Made by a program: the position numbers and the translations under genes
Assembly: GCA_051362555.1 (NCBI GenBank)
Contig: JBPQGU010000016.1
Coordinates: 3,596,001 to 3,660,000, forward strand
Source of the DNA: Lingula anatina
Lineage: Eukaryota > Animalia > Brachiopoda
Length of the DNA stretch: 64,000 bases
Direction: 5' to 3'
The notes under the pieces: model-generated
Told to the model about the DNA's origin: nothing
The model's database searches: none
Seen by the model: the letters and a program-made list of their open reading frames with translations, nothing else
Shown here: positions 23,798 to 37,600 of the stretch, one piece after another
Layout: each line of letters opens with the position of its first letter
Position numbering within the stretch: the stretch's first letter is position 1

Positions 23798-25980
23798 TTA
23801 AGGAAGAAATAGAGCAAAAACTCTGTCTCCCCCCCCCCTCTCAGATTCTGTTCTCAGAGCTTATTTTTGGATCATCTTTAAAGCTAGAATTGAGGGCCTT
23901 CATGAAGTGACCCGGGCGCGTTTCCACATTTTTTATGAATGACAGATGTGGTAGATTGATTTTCGTCACTTTTTGGAAAAATCGGAGACGGGTCGATTTT
24001 TGGTGATTTTGAGTGATTTTGAACAGTGCCGGCACCGTGAGATTTCTTCAATTTTGGCCAGGTAGGGATGAAAAATTTTTTTCTTCATTATAGTGTCAGG
24101 TAGGTGTGTTCGGTCATTTGTAGTAAGAATAAAGTGCTGGAAGAGTGGTGGTGTCAACATTAAGGAAGAAATAGAGCAAAAACTCTGTCTCCCCCCCCCC
24201 CCCCTTCTCAGATTCTGTTCTCAGAGCTTATTTTTGGATCATCTTTAAAGCTAGAATTGAGGGCCTTCATGAAGTGACCCGGGCGCGTTTCCACATTTTT
24301 TATGAATGACAGATGTGGTAGATTGATTTTCGTCACTTTTTGGAAAAATCGGAGACGGGTCGATTTTTGGTGATTGTGAGTGATTTTGAACAGTGCCGGC
24401 ACTGTGAGATTTCTTCAATTTTGGCCAGGTAGGGATGAAAAATTTTTTTCTTCATTATAGTGTCAGGTAGGTGTGTTGAGTCATTTGTAGTAAGAATAAA
24501 GTGCTGGAAGAGTGGTGGTGTCAACATTAAGGAAGAAATAGAGCAAAAACTCTGTCTCCCCCCCCCCCTCTCAGATTCTGTTCTCAGAGCTTATTTTTGG
24601 ATCATCTTTAAAGCTAGAATTGAGGGCCTTCATGAAGTGACCCGGGCGCGTTTCCACATTTTTTATGAATGACAGATGTGGTAGATTGATTTTCCTCACT
24701 TTTTGGAAAAATCGGAGACGGGTCGATTTTTGGTGATTTTGAGTGATTTTGAACAGTGCCGGCACTGTGAGATTTCTTCAATTTTGGCCAGGTAGGGATG
24801 AAAAATTTTTTTCTTCATTATAGTGTCAGGTAGGTGTGTTCGGTCATTTGTAGTAAGAATAAAGTGCTGGAAGAGTGGTGGTGTCAACATTAAGGAAGAA
24901 ATAGAGCAAAAACTCTGTCTCCCCCCCCCTCTCAGATTCTGTTCTCAGAGCTTATTTTTGGATCATCTTTAAAGCTAGAATTGAGGGCCTTCATGAAGTG
25001 ACCCGGGCGCGTTTCCACATTTTTTATGAATGACAGATGTGGTAGATTGATTTTCGTCACTTTTTGGAAAAATCGGAGACGGGTCGATTTTTGGTGATTT
25101 TGAGTGATTTTGAACAGTGCCGGCACCGTGAGATTTCTTCAATTTTGGCCAGGTAGGGATGAAAAATTTTTTTCTTCATTATAGTGTCAGGTAGGTGTGT
25201 TCGGTCATTTGTAGTAAGAATAAAGTGCTGGAAGAGTGGTGGTGTCAACATTAAGGAAGAAATAGAGCAAAAACTCTGTCTCCCCCCCCCCCCCCTTCTC
25301 AGATTCTGTTCTCAGAGCTTATTTTTGGATCATCTTTAAAGCTAGAATTGAGGGCCTTCATGAAGTGACCCGGGCGCGTTTCCACATTTTTTATGAATGA
25401 CAGATGTGGTAGATTGATTTTCGTCACTTTTTGGAAAAATCGGAGACGGGTCGATTTTTGGTGATTGTGAGTGATTTTGAACAGTGCCGGCACTGTGAGA
25501 TTTCTTCAATTTTGGCCAGGTAGGGATGAAAAATTTTTTTCTTCATTATAGTGTCAGGTAGGTGTGTTGAGTCATTTGTAGTAAGAATAAAGTGCTGGAA
25601 GAGTGGTGGTGTCAACATTAAGGAAGAAATAGAGCAAAAACTCTGTCTCCCCCCCCCCTCTCAGATTCTGTTCTCAGAGCTTATTTTTGGATCATCTTTA
25701 AAGCTAGAATTGAGGGCCTTCATGAAGTGACCCGGGCGCGTTTCCACATTTTTTATGAATGACAGATGTGGTAGATTGATTTTCCTCACTTTTTGGAAAA
25801 ATCGGAGACGGGTCGATTTTTGGTGATTTTGAGTGATTTTGAACAGTGCCGGCACTGTGAGATTTCTTCAATTTTGGCCAGGTAGGGATGAAAAATTTTT
25901 TTCTTCATTATAGTGTCAGGTAGGTGTGTTCGGTCATTTGTAGTAAGAATAAAGTGCTGGAAGAGTGGTGGTGTCAACAT
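23798..25980. repeat. 3-monomer higher-order unit x 2 (subfamily A)
   Basis: The series ggcacCgt / cttctcag+attGtgag+gttGAgtc / ttttcCtcac repeats with a ~1091-bp period. Confidence 0.85.
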
Positions 25981-28900
25981 TAAGGAAGAAATAGAGCAAA
26001 AACTCTGTCTCCCCCCCCCCTCTCAGATTCTGTTCTCAGAGCTTATTTTTGGATCATCTTTAAAGCTAGAATTGAGGGCCTTCATGAAGTGACCCGGGCG
26101 CGTTTCCACATTTTTTATGAATGACAGATGTGGTAGATTGATTTTCGTCACTTTTTGGAAAAATCGGAGACGGGTCGATTTTTGGTGATTTTGAGTGATT
26201 TTGAACAGTGCCGGCACTGTGAGATTTCTTCAATTTTGGCCAGGTAGGGATGAAAAATTTTTTTCTTCATTATAGTGTCAGGTAGGTGTGTTCGGTCATT
26301 TGTAGTAAGAATAAAGTGCTGGAAGAGTGGTGGTGTCAACATTAAGGAAGAAATAGAGCAAAAACTCTGTCTCCCCCCCCCCTCTCAGATTCTGTTCTCA
26401 GAGCTTATTTTTGGATCATCTTTAAAGCTAGAATTGAGGGCCTTCATGAAGTGACCCGGGCGCGTTTCCACATTTTTTATGAATGACAGATGTGGTAGAT
26501 TGATTTTCGTCACTTTTTGGAAAAATCGGAGACGGGTCGATTTTTGGTGATTTTGAGTGATTTTGAACAGTGCCGGCACTGTGAGATTTCTTCAATTTTG
26601 GCCAGGTAGGGATGAAAAATTTTTTTCTTCATTATAGTGTCAGGTAGGTGTGTTCGGTCATTTGTAGTAAGAATAAAGTGCTGGAAGAGTGGTGGTGTCA
26701 ACATTAAGGAAGAAATAGAGCAAAAACTCTGTCTCCCCCCCCCCTCTCAGATTCTGTTCTCAGAGCTTATTTTTGGATCATCTTTAAAGCTAGAATTGAG
26801 GGCCTTCATGAAGTGACCCGGGCGCGTTTCCACATTTTTTATGAATGACAGATGTGGTAGATTGATTTTCGTCACTTTTGGGAAAAATCGGAGACGGGTC
26901 GATTTTTGGTGATTGTGAGTGATTTTGAACAGTGCCGGCACTGTGAGATTTCTTCAATTTTGGCCAGGTAGGGATGAAAAATTTTTTTCTTCATTATAGT
27001 GTCAGGTAGGTGTGTTCGGTCATTTGTAGTAAGAATAAAGTGCTGGAAGAGTGGTGGTGTCAACATTAAGGAAGAAATAGAGCAAAAACTCTGTCTCCCC
27101 CCCCCCCCTCTCAGATTCTGTTCTCAGAGCTTATTTTTGGATCATCTTTAAAGCTAGAATTGAGGGCCTTCATGAAGTGACCCGGGCGCGTTTCCACATT
27201 TTTTATGAATGACAGATGTGGTAGATTGATTTTCCTCACTTTTTGGAAAAATCGGAGACGGGTCGATTTTTGGTGATTTTGAGTGATTTTGAACAGTGCC
27301 GGCACTGTGAGATTTCTTCAATTTTGGCCAGGTAGGGATGAAAAATTTTTTTCTTCATTATAGTGTCAGGTAGGTGTGTTCGGTCATTTGTAGTAAGAAT
27401 AAAGTGCTGGAAGAGTGGTGGTGTCAACATTAAGGAAGAAATAGAGCAAAAACTCTGTCTCCCCCCCCCCCTCTCAGATTCTGTTCTCAGAGCTTATTTT
27501 TGGATCATCTTTAAAGCTAGAATTGAGGGCCTTCATGAAGTGACCCGGGCGCGTTTCCACATTTTTTATGAATGACAGATGTGGTAGATTGATTTTCGTC
27601 ACTTTTTGGAAAAATCGGAGACGGGTCGATTTTTGGTGATTTTGAGTGATTTTGAACAGTGCCGGCACTGTGAGATTTCTTCAATTTTGGCCAGGTAGGG
27701 ATGAAAAATTTTTTTCTTCATTATAGTGTCAGGTAGGTGTGTTCGGTCATTTGTAGTAAGAATAAAGTGCTGGAAGAGTGGTGGTGTCAACATTAAGGAA
27801 GAAATAGAGCAAAAACTCTGTCTCCCCCCCCCCCTCTCAGATTCTGTTCTCAGAGCTTATTTTTGGATCATCTTTAAAGCTAGAATTGAGGGCCTTCATG
27901 AAGTGACCCGGGCGCGTTTCCACATTTTTTATGAATGACAGATGTGGTAGATTGATTTTCGTCACTTTTTGGAAAAATCGGAGACGGGTCGATTTTTGGT
28001 GATTGTGAGTGATTTTGAACAGTGCCGGCACTGTGAGATTTCTTCAATTTTGGCCAGGTAGGGATGAAAAATTTTTTTCTTCATTATAGTGTCAGGTAGG
28101 TGTGTTCGGTCATTTGTAGTAAGAATAAAGTGCTGGAAGAGTGGTGGTGTCAACATTAAGGAAGAAATAGAGCAAAAACTCTGTCTCCCCCCCCCCCCTC
28201 TCAGATTCTGTTCTCAGAGCTTATTTTTGGATCACCTTTAAAGCTAGAATTGAGGGCCTTCATGAAGTGACCCGGGCGCGTTTCCACATTTTTTATGAAT
28301 GACAGATGTGGTAGATTGATTTTCCTCACTTTTTGGAAAAATTGGAGACGGGTCGATTTTTGGTGATTTTGAGTGATTTTGAACAGTGCCGGCACTGTGA
28401 GATTTCTTCAATTTTGGCCAGGTAGGGATGAAAAATTTTTTTCTTCATTATAGTGTCAGGTAGGTGTGTTCGGTCATTTGTAGTAAGAATAAAGTGCTGG
28501 AAGAGTGGTGGTGTCAACATTAAGGAAGAAATAGAGCAAAAACTCTGTCTCCCCCCCCCTCTCAGATTCTGTTCTCAGAGCTTATTTTTGGATCATCTTT
28601 AAAGCTAGAATTGAGGGCCTTCATGAAGTGACCCGGGCGCGTTTCCACATTTTTTATGAATGACAGATGTGGTAGATTGATTTTCGTCACTTTTTGGAAA
28701 AATCGGAGACGGGTCGATTTTTGGTGATTTTGAGTGATTTTGAACAGTGCCGGCACTGTGAGATTTCTTCAATTTTGGCCAGGTAGGGATGAAAAATTTT
28801 TTTCTTCATTATAGTGTCAGGTAGGTGTGTTCGGTCATTTGTAGTAAGAATAAAGTGCTGGAAGAGTGGTGGTGTCAACATTAAGGAAGAAATAGAGCAA

Positions 28901-31052
28901 AAACTCTGTCTCCCCCCCCCCTCTCAGATTCTGTTCTCAGAGCTTATTTTTGGATCATCTTTAAAGCTAGAATTGAGGGCCTTCATGAAGTGACCCGGGC
29001 GCGTTTCCACATTTTTTATGAATGACAGATGTGGTAGATTGATTTTCGTCACTTTTTGGAAAAATCGGAGACGGGTCGATTTTTGGTGATTTTGAGTGAT
29101 TTTGAACAGTGCCGGCACTGTGAGATTTCTTCAATTTTGGCCAGGTAGGGATGAAAAATTTTTTTCTTCATTATAGTGTCAGGTAGGTGTGTTCGGTCAT
29201 TTGTAGTAAGAATAAAGTGCTGGAAGAGTGGTGGTGTCAACATTAAGGAAGAAATAGAGCAAAAACTCTGTCTCCCCCCCCCTCTCAGATTCTGTTCTCA
29301 GAGCTTATTTTTGGATCATCTTTAAAGCTAGAATTGAGGGCCTTCATGAAGTGACCCGGGCGCGTTTCCACATTTTTTATGAATGACAGATGTGGTAGAT
29401 TGATTTTTGTCACTTTTTGGAAAAATCGGAGACGGGTCGATTTTTGGTGATTTTGAGTGATTTTGAACAGTGCCGGCACTGTGAGATTTCTTCAATTTTG
29501 GCCAGGTAGGGATGAAAAATTTTTTTCTTCATTATAGTGTCAGGTAGGTGTGTTCGGTCATTTGTAGTAAGAATAAAGTGCTGGAAGAGTGGTGGTGTCA
29601 ACATTAAGGAAGAAATAGAGCAAAAACTCTGTCTCCCCCCCCCTCTCAGATTCTGTTCTCAGAGCTTATTTTTGGATCATCTTTAAAGCTAGAATTGAGG
29701 GCCTTCATGAAGTGACCCGGGCGCGTTTCCACATTTTTTATGAATGACAGATGTGGTAGATTGATTTTCGTCACTTTTTGGAAAAATCGGAGACGGGTCG
29801 ATTTTTGGTGATTTTGAGTGATTTTGAACAGTGCCGGCACTGTGAGATTTCTTCAATTTTGGCCAGGTAGGGATAAAAAATTTTTTTCTTCATTATAGTG
29901 TCAGGTAGGTGTGTTCGGTCATTTGTAGTAAGAATAAAGTGCTGGAAGAGTGGTGGTGTCAACATTAAGGAAGAAATAGAGCAAAAACTCTGTCTCCCCC
30001 CCCCTCTCAGATTCTGTTCTCAGAGCTTATTTTTGGATCATCTTTAAAGCTAGAATTGAGGGCCTTCATGAAGTGACCCGGGCGCGTTTCCACATTTTTT
30101 ATGAATGACAGATGTGGTAGATTGATTTTCGTCACTTTTTGGAAAAATCGGAGACGGGTCGATTTTTGGTGATTTTGAGTGATTTTGAACAGTGCCGGCA
30201 CTGTGAGATTTCTTCAATTTTGGCCAGGTAGGGATGAAAAATTTTTTTCTTCATTATAGTGTCAGGTAGGTGTGTTCGGTCATTTGTAGTAAGAATAAAG
30301 TGCTGGAAGAGTGGTGGTGTCAACATTAAGGAAGAAATAGAGCAAAAACTCTGTCTCCCCCCCCCTCTCAGATTCTGTTCTCAGAGCTTATTTTTGGATC
30401 ATCTTTAAAGCTAGAATTGAGGGCCTTCATGAAGTGACCCGGGCGCGTTTCCACATTTTTTATGAATGACAGATGTGGTAGATTGATTTTCGTCACTTTT
30501 TGGAAAAATCGGAGACGGGTCGATTTTTGGTGATTTTGAGTGATTTTGAACAGTGCCGGCACTGTGAGATTTCTTCAATTTTGGCCAGGTAGGGATGAAA
30601 AATTTTTTTCTTCATTATAGTGTCAGGTAGGTGTGTTCGGTCATTTGTAGTAAGAATAAAGTGCTGGAAGAGTGGTGGTGTCAACATTAAGGAAGAAATA
30701 GAGCAAAAACTCTGTCTCCCCCCCCCCTCTCAGATTCTGTTCTCAGAGCTTATTTTTGGATCATCTTTAAAGCTAGAATTGAGGGCCTTCATGAAGTGAC
30801 CCGGGCGCGTTTCCACATTTTTTATGAATGACAGATGTGGTAGATTGATTTTCGTCACTTTTTGGAAAAATCGGAGACGGGTCGATTTTTGGTGATTTTG
30901 AGTGATTTTGAACAGTGCCGGCACTGTGAGATTTCTTCAATTTTGGCCAGGTAGGGATGAAAAATTTTTTTCTTCATTATAGTGTCAGGTAGGTGTGTTC
31001 GGTCATTTGTAGTAAGAATAAAGTGCTGGAAGAGTGGTGGTGTCAACATTAA

Positions 31053-31682
31053 AGCAATAATAACTCTTCCTTTGAGATTCAAAAATCCGCATGAAATACA
31101 TTGTAAAAAACGCATGGAAATATATTCTATTGTATTTTACCACTAAAACGGCCGTTATTGTAGGAAAACTAAAATCTGTGCTTGTCAATAGGGCTTACGA
31201 TGCCTTTTTTCCGGTCGACAAGTGCATTCGTTGCTAATGACGTAATGGTGTCACGCGGATTCTCGCGTTCATTCGAGACCAAAATAACATGGCGCCAAAC
31301 GCATTAGTGCAGACGCAGACGTAAGTTGCGAGTTTTTGTACAGTGCGTCGGATAACGAAAAGCCCAGAATGGCACACATTGTGGATATAAATGCATTTTT
31401 AACAAAAAGACGAATATATCTCATGAATCTTATATAGTGTTGTTGTTGTCTGCTTTTCCCGCGGTTTTAAGTAGGTCACAAGTGACTTTGCAATGTCAGA
31501 GAGAGCTCCGTCAGTTAAAATCTCTTAAGAGATTTTAACAAAAAACCGTACGTTTAGGAAAAAAAACCCTGGTTTAACTTTGAATGCAGGAATGGGGTCG
31601 TTGGCCATTGGTAAGTACGGGAAAATTGCCGTTTTTTCCAGGAAAATCCAATTTTTGGCCAAAACGAAGAGTTATTATGACT
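31053..31682. mobile_element. Non-autonomous DNA transposon, Kolobok-type (630 bp), copy 2
   Basis: TTAA TSD at 31049-31052 and 31683-31686. Same orientation and monomer position as copy 1. The only difference I could see is one extra A in the ggA(7/8)ccct run. Confidence 0.85.
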
Positions 31683-34600
31683 TTAAGGAAGAAATAGAGC
31701 AAAAACTCTGTCTCCCCCCCCCTCTCAGATTCTGTTCTCAGAGCTTATTTTTGGATCATCTTTAAAGCTAGAATTGAGGGCCTTCATGAAGTGACCCGGG
31801 CGCGTTTCCACATTTTTTATGAATGACAGATGTGGTAGATTGATTTTCGTCACTTTTAGGAAAAATCGGAGACGGGTCGATTTTTGGTGATTTTGAGTGA
31901 TTTTGAACAGTGCCGGCACTGTGAGATTTCTTCAATTTTGGCCAGGTAGGGATGAAAAATTTTTTTCTTCATTATAGTGTCAGGTAGGTGTGTTCGGTCA
32001 TTTGTAGTAAGAATAAAGTGCTGGAAGAGTGGTGGTGTCAACATTAAGGAAGAAATAGAGCAAAAACTCTGTCTCCCCCCCCCCCCTCTCAGATTCTGTT
32101 CTCAGAGCTTATTTTTGGATCATCTTTAAAGCTAGAATTGAGGGCCTTCATGAAGTGACCCGGGCGCGTTTCCACATTTTTTATGAATGACAGATGTGGC
32201 AGATTGATTTTTGTCACTTTTTGGAAAAATCGGAGACGGGTCGATTTTTGGTGATTTTGAGTGATTTTGAACAGTGCCGGCACTGTGAGATTTCTTCAAT
32301 TTTGGCCAGGTAGGGATGAAAAATTTTTTTCTTCATTATAGTGTCAGGTAGGTGTGTTCGGTCATTTGTAGTAAGAATAAAGTGCTGGAAGAGTGGTTGT
32401 GTCAACATTAAGGAAGAAATAGAGCAAAAACTCTGTCTCCCCCCCCCCTCTCAGATTCTGTTCTCAGAGCTTATTTTTGGATCATCTTTAAAGCTAGAAT
32501 TGAGGGCCTTCATGAAGTGACCCGGGCGCGTTTCCACATTTTTTATGAATGACAGATGTGGTAGATTGATTTTCGTCACTTTTTGGAAAAATCGGAGACG
32601 GGTCGATTTTTGGTGATTTTGAGTGATTTTGAACAGTGCCGGCACTGTGAGATTTCTTCAATTTTGGCCAGGTAGGGATGAAAAATTTTTTTCTTCATTA
32701 TAGTGTCAGGTAGGTGTGTTCGGTCATTTGTAGTAAGAATAAAGTGCTGGAAGAGTGGTGGTGTCAACATTAAGGAAGAAATAGAGCAAAAACTCTGTCT
32801 CCCCCCCCTCTCAGATTCTGTTCTCAGAGCTTATTTTTGGATCATCTTTAAAGCTAGAATTGAGGGCCTTCATGAAGTGACCCGGGCGCGTTTCCACATT
32901 TTTTATGAATGACAGATGTGGTAGATTGATTTTCGTCACTTTTTGGAAAAATCGGAGACGGGTCGATTTTTGGTGATTTTGAGTGATTTTGAACAGTGCC
33001 GGCACTGTGAGATTTCTTCAATTTTGGCCAGGTAGGGATGAAAAATTTTTTTCTTCATTATAGTGTCAGGTAGGTGTGTTCTGTCATTTGTAGTAAGAAT
33101 AAAGTGCTGGAAGAGTGGTGGTGTCAACATTAAGGAAGAAATAGAGCAAAAACTCTGTCTCCCCCCCCCTCTCAGATTCTGTTCTCAGAGCTTATTTTTG
33201 GATCATCTTTAAAGCTAGAATTGAGGGCCTTCATGAAGTAACCCGGGCGCGTTTCCACATTTTTTATGAATGACAGATGTGGTAGATTGATTTTCGTCAC
33301 TTTTTGGAAAAATCGGAGACGGGTCGATTTTTGGTGATTTTGAGTGATTTTGAACAGTGCCGGCACTGTGAGATTTCTTCAATTTTGGCCAGGTAGGGAT
33401 GAAAAATTTTTTTCTTCATTATAGTGTCAGGTAGGTGTGTTCGGTCATTTGTAGTAAGAATAAAGTGCTGGAAGAGTGGTGGTGTCAACATTAAGGAAGA
33501 AATAGAGCAAAAACTCTGTCTCCCCCCCCCTCTCAGATTCTGTTCTCAGAGCTTATTTTTGGATCATCTTAAAAGCTAGAATTGAGGGCCTTCATGAAGT
33601 GACCCGGGCGCGTTTCCACATTTTCTATGAATGACAGATGTGGTAGATTGATTTTCGTCACTTTTTGGAAAAATCGGAGACGGGTCGATTTTTGTTGATT
33701 TTGAGTGATTTTGAACAGTGCCGGCACTGTGAGATTTCTTCAATTTTGGCCAGGTAGGGATGAAAAATTTTTTTCTTCATTATAGTGTCAGGTAGGTGTG
33801 TTCGGTCATTTGTAGTAAGAATAAAGTGCTGGAAGAGTGGTGGTGTCAACATTAAGGAAGAAATAGAGCAAAAACTCTGTCTCCCCCCGACTCTCAGATT
33901 CTGTTCTCAGAGCTTATTTTTGGATCATCTTTAAAGCTAGAATTGAGGGCCTTCATGAAGTGACCCAGGCGCGTTTCCACATTTTTTATGAATGACAGAT
34001 GTGGTAGATTGATTTTCGTCACTTTTTGGAAAAATCGGAGACGGGTCGATTTTTGGTGATTTTGAGTGATTTTGAACAGTGCCGGCACTGTGAGATTTCT
34101 TCAATTTTGGCCAGGTAGGGATGAAAAATTTTTTTCTTCATTATAGTGTCAGGTAGGTGTGTTCGGTCATTTGTAGTAAGAATAAAGTGCTGGAAGAGTG
34201 GTGGTGTCAACATTAAGGAAGAAATAGAGCAAAAACTCTGTCTCCCCCCCCCTCTCAGATTCTGTTCTCAGAGCTTATTTTTGGATCATCTTTAAAGCTA
34301 GAATTGAGGGCCTTCATGAAGTGACCCGGGCGCGTTTCCACATTTTTTATGAATGACAGATGTGGTAGATTGATTTTCGTCACTTTTTGGAAAAATCGGA
34401 GACGGGTCGATTTTTGGTGATTTTGAGTGATTTTGAACAGTGCCGGCACTGTGAGATTTCTTCAATTTTGGCCAGGTAGGGATGAAAAATTTTTTTCTTC
34501 ATTTTAGTGTCAGGTAGGTGTGTTCGGTCATTTGTAGTAAGAATAAAGTGCTGGAAGAGTGGTGGTGTCAACATTAAGGAAGAAATAGAGCAAAAACTCT

Positions 34601-37600
34601 GTCTCCCCCCCCCTCTCAGATTCTGTTCTCAGAGCTTATTTTTGGATCATCTTTAAAGCTAGAATTGAGGGCCTTCATGAAGTGACCCGGGCGCGTTTCC
34701 ACATTTTTTATGAATGACAGATGTGGTAGATTGATTTTCGTCACTTTTTGGAAAAATCGGAGACGGGTCGATTTTTGGTGATTTTGAGTGATTTTGAACA
34801 GTGCCGGCACTGTGAGATTTCTTCAATTTTGGCCAGGTAGGGATGAAAAATTTTTTTCTTCATTATAGTGTCATGTAGGTGTGTTCGGTCATTTGTAGTA
34901 AGAATAAAGTGCTGGAAGAGTGGTGGTGTCAACATTAAGGAAGAAATAGAGCAAAAACTCTGTCTCCCCCCCCCTCTCAGATTCTGTTCTCAGAGCTTAT
35001 TTTTGGATCATCTTTAAAGCTAGAATTGAGGGCCTTCATGAAGTGACCCGGGCGCGTTTCCACATTTTTTATGAATGACAGATGTGGTAGATTGATTTTC
35101 GTCACTTTTTGGAAAAATCGGAGATGGGTCGATTTTTGGTGATTTTGAGTGATTTTGAACAGTGCCGGCACTGTGAGATTTCTTCAATTTTGGCCAGGTA
35201 GGGATGAAAAATTTTTTTCTTCATTATAGTGTCAGGTAGGTGTGTTCGGTCATTTGTAGTAAGAATAAATTGCTGGAAGAGTGGTGGTGTCAACATTAAG
35301 GAAGAAATAGAGCAAAAACTCTGTCTCCCCCCCCCCTCTCAGATTCTGTTCTCAGAGCTTATTTTTGGATCATCTTTAAAGCTAGAATTGAGGGCCTTCA
35401 TGAAGTGACCCGGGCGCGTTTCCACATTTTTTATGAATGACAGATGTGGTAGATTGATTTTCGTCACTTTTTGGAAAAATCGGAGACGGGTCGATTTTTG
35501 GTGATTTTGAGTGATTTTGAACAGTGCCGGCACTGTGAGATTTCTTCAATTTTGGCCAGGTAGGGATGAAAAATTTTTTTCTTCATTATAGTGTCAGGTA
35601 GGTGTGTTCGGTCATTTGTAGTAAGAATAAAGTGCTGGAAGAGTGGTGGTGTCAACATTAAGGAAGAAATTGAGCAAAAACTCTGTCTCCCCCCCCCCCC
35701 CTTCTCAGATTCTGTTCTCAGAGCTTATTTTTGGATCATCTTTAAAGCTAGAATTGAGGGCCTTCATGAAGTGACCCGGGCGCGTTTCCACATTTTTTAT
35801 GAATGACAGATGTGGTAGATTGATTTTCGTCACTTTTGGGAAAAATCGGAGACGGGTCGATTTTTGGTGATTGTGAGTGATTTTGAACAGTGCCGGAACT
35901 GTGAGATTTCTTCAATTTTGGCCAGGTAGGGATGAAAAATTTTTTTCTTCATTATAGTGTCAGGTAGGTGTGTTCGGTCATTTGTAGTAAGAATAAAGTG
36001 CTGGAAGAGTGGTGGTGTCAACATTAAGGAAGAAATAGAGCAAAAACTCTGTCTCCCCCCCCCCTCTCAGATTCTGTTCTCAGAGCTTATTTTTGGATCA
36101 TCTTTAAAGCTAGAATTGAGGGCCTTCATGAAGTGACCCGGGCGCGTTTCCACATTTTTTATGAATGACAGATGTGGTAGATTGATTTTCGTCACTTTTT
36201 GGAAAAATCGGAGACGGGTCGATTTTTTGGTGATTTTGAGTGATTTTGAACAGTGCCGGCACTGTGAGATTTCTTCAATTTTGGCCAGGTAGGGATGAAA
36301 AATTTTTTTCTTCATTATAGTGTCAGGTAGGTGTGTTCGGTCATTTGTAGTAAGAATAAAGTGCTGGAAGAGTGGTGGTGTCAACATTAAGGAAGAAATA
36401 GAGCAAAAACTCTGTCTCCCCCCCCCCCCCCTTCTCAGATTCTGTTCTCAGAGCTTATTTTTGGATCATCTTTAAAGCTAGAATTGAGGGCCTTCATGAA
36501 GTGACCCGGGCGCGTTTCCACATTTTTTATGAATGACAGATGTGGTAGATTGATTTTCGTCACTTTTTGGAAAAATCGGAGACGGGTCGATTTTTGGTGA
36601 TTGTGAGTGATTTTGAACAGTGCCGGCACTGTGAGATTTCTTCAATTTTGGCCAGGTAGGGATGAAAAATTTTTTTCTTCATTATAGTGTCAGGTAGGTG
36701 TGTTCGGTCATTTGTAGTAAGAATAAAGTGCTGGAAGAGTGGTGGTGTCAACATTAAGGAAGAAATAGAGCAAAAACTCTGTCTCCCCCCCCCCCCTCTC
36801 AGATTCTGTTCTCAGAGCTTATTTTTGGATCATCTTTAAAGCTAGAATTGAGGGCCTTCATGAAGTGACCCGGGCGCGTTTCCACATTTTTTATGAATGA
36901 CAGATGTGGTAGATTGATTTTCGTCACTTTTTGGAAAAATCGGAGACGGGTCGATTTTTGGTGATTTTGAGTGATTTTGAACAGTGCCGGCACTGTGAGA
37001 TTTCTTCAATTTTGGCCAGGTAGGGATGAAAAATTTTTTTCTTCATTATAGTGTCAGGTAGGTGTGTTCGGTCATTTGTAGTAAGAATAAAGTGCTGGAA
37101 GAGTGGTGGTGTCAACATTAAGGAAGAAATAGAGCAAAAACTCTGTCTCCCCCCCCCTCTCAGATTCTGTTCTCAGAGCTTATTTTTGGATCATCTTTAA
37201 AGCTAGAATTGAGGGCCTTCATGAAGTGACCCGGGCGCGTTTCCACATTTTTTATGAATGACAGATGTGGTAGATTGATTTTCGTCACTTTTTGGAAAAA
37301 TCGGAGACGGGTCGATTTTTGGTGATTTTGAGTGATTTTGAACAGTGCCGGCACTGTGAGATTTCTTCAATTTTGGCCAGGTAGGGATGAAAAATTTTTT
37401 TCTTCATTATAGTGTCAGGTAGGTGTGTTCGGTCATTTGTAGTAAGAATAAAGTGCTGGAAGAGTGGTGGTGTCAACATTAAGGAAGAAATAGAGCAAAA
37501 ACTCTGTCTCCCCCCCCCCCTCTCAGATTCTGTTCTCAGAGCTTATTTTTGGATCATCTTTAAAGCTAGAATTGAGGGCCTTCATGAAGTGACCCGGGCG

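Noticed and set aside
674-31682. The two element copies as LTRs/direct repeats of one 31-kb composite element, or as independent site-specific insertions
   Set aside because: The interior is pure satellite, each copy has its own TTAA duplication, and the shared downstream SNP haplotype shows duplication of a single insertion.
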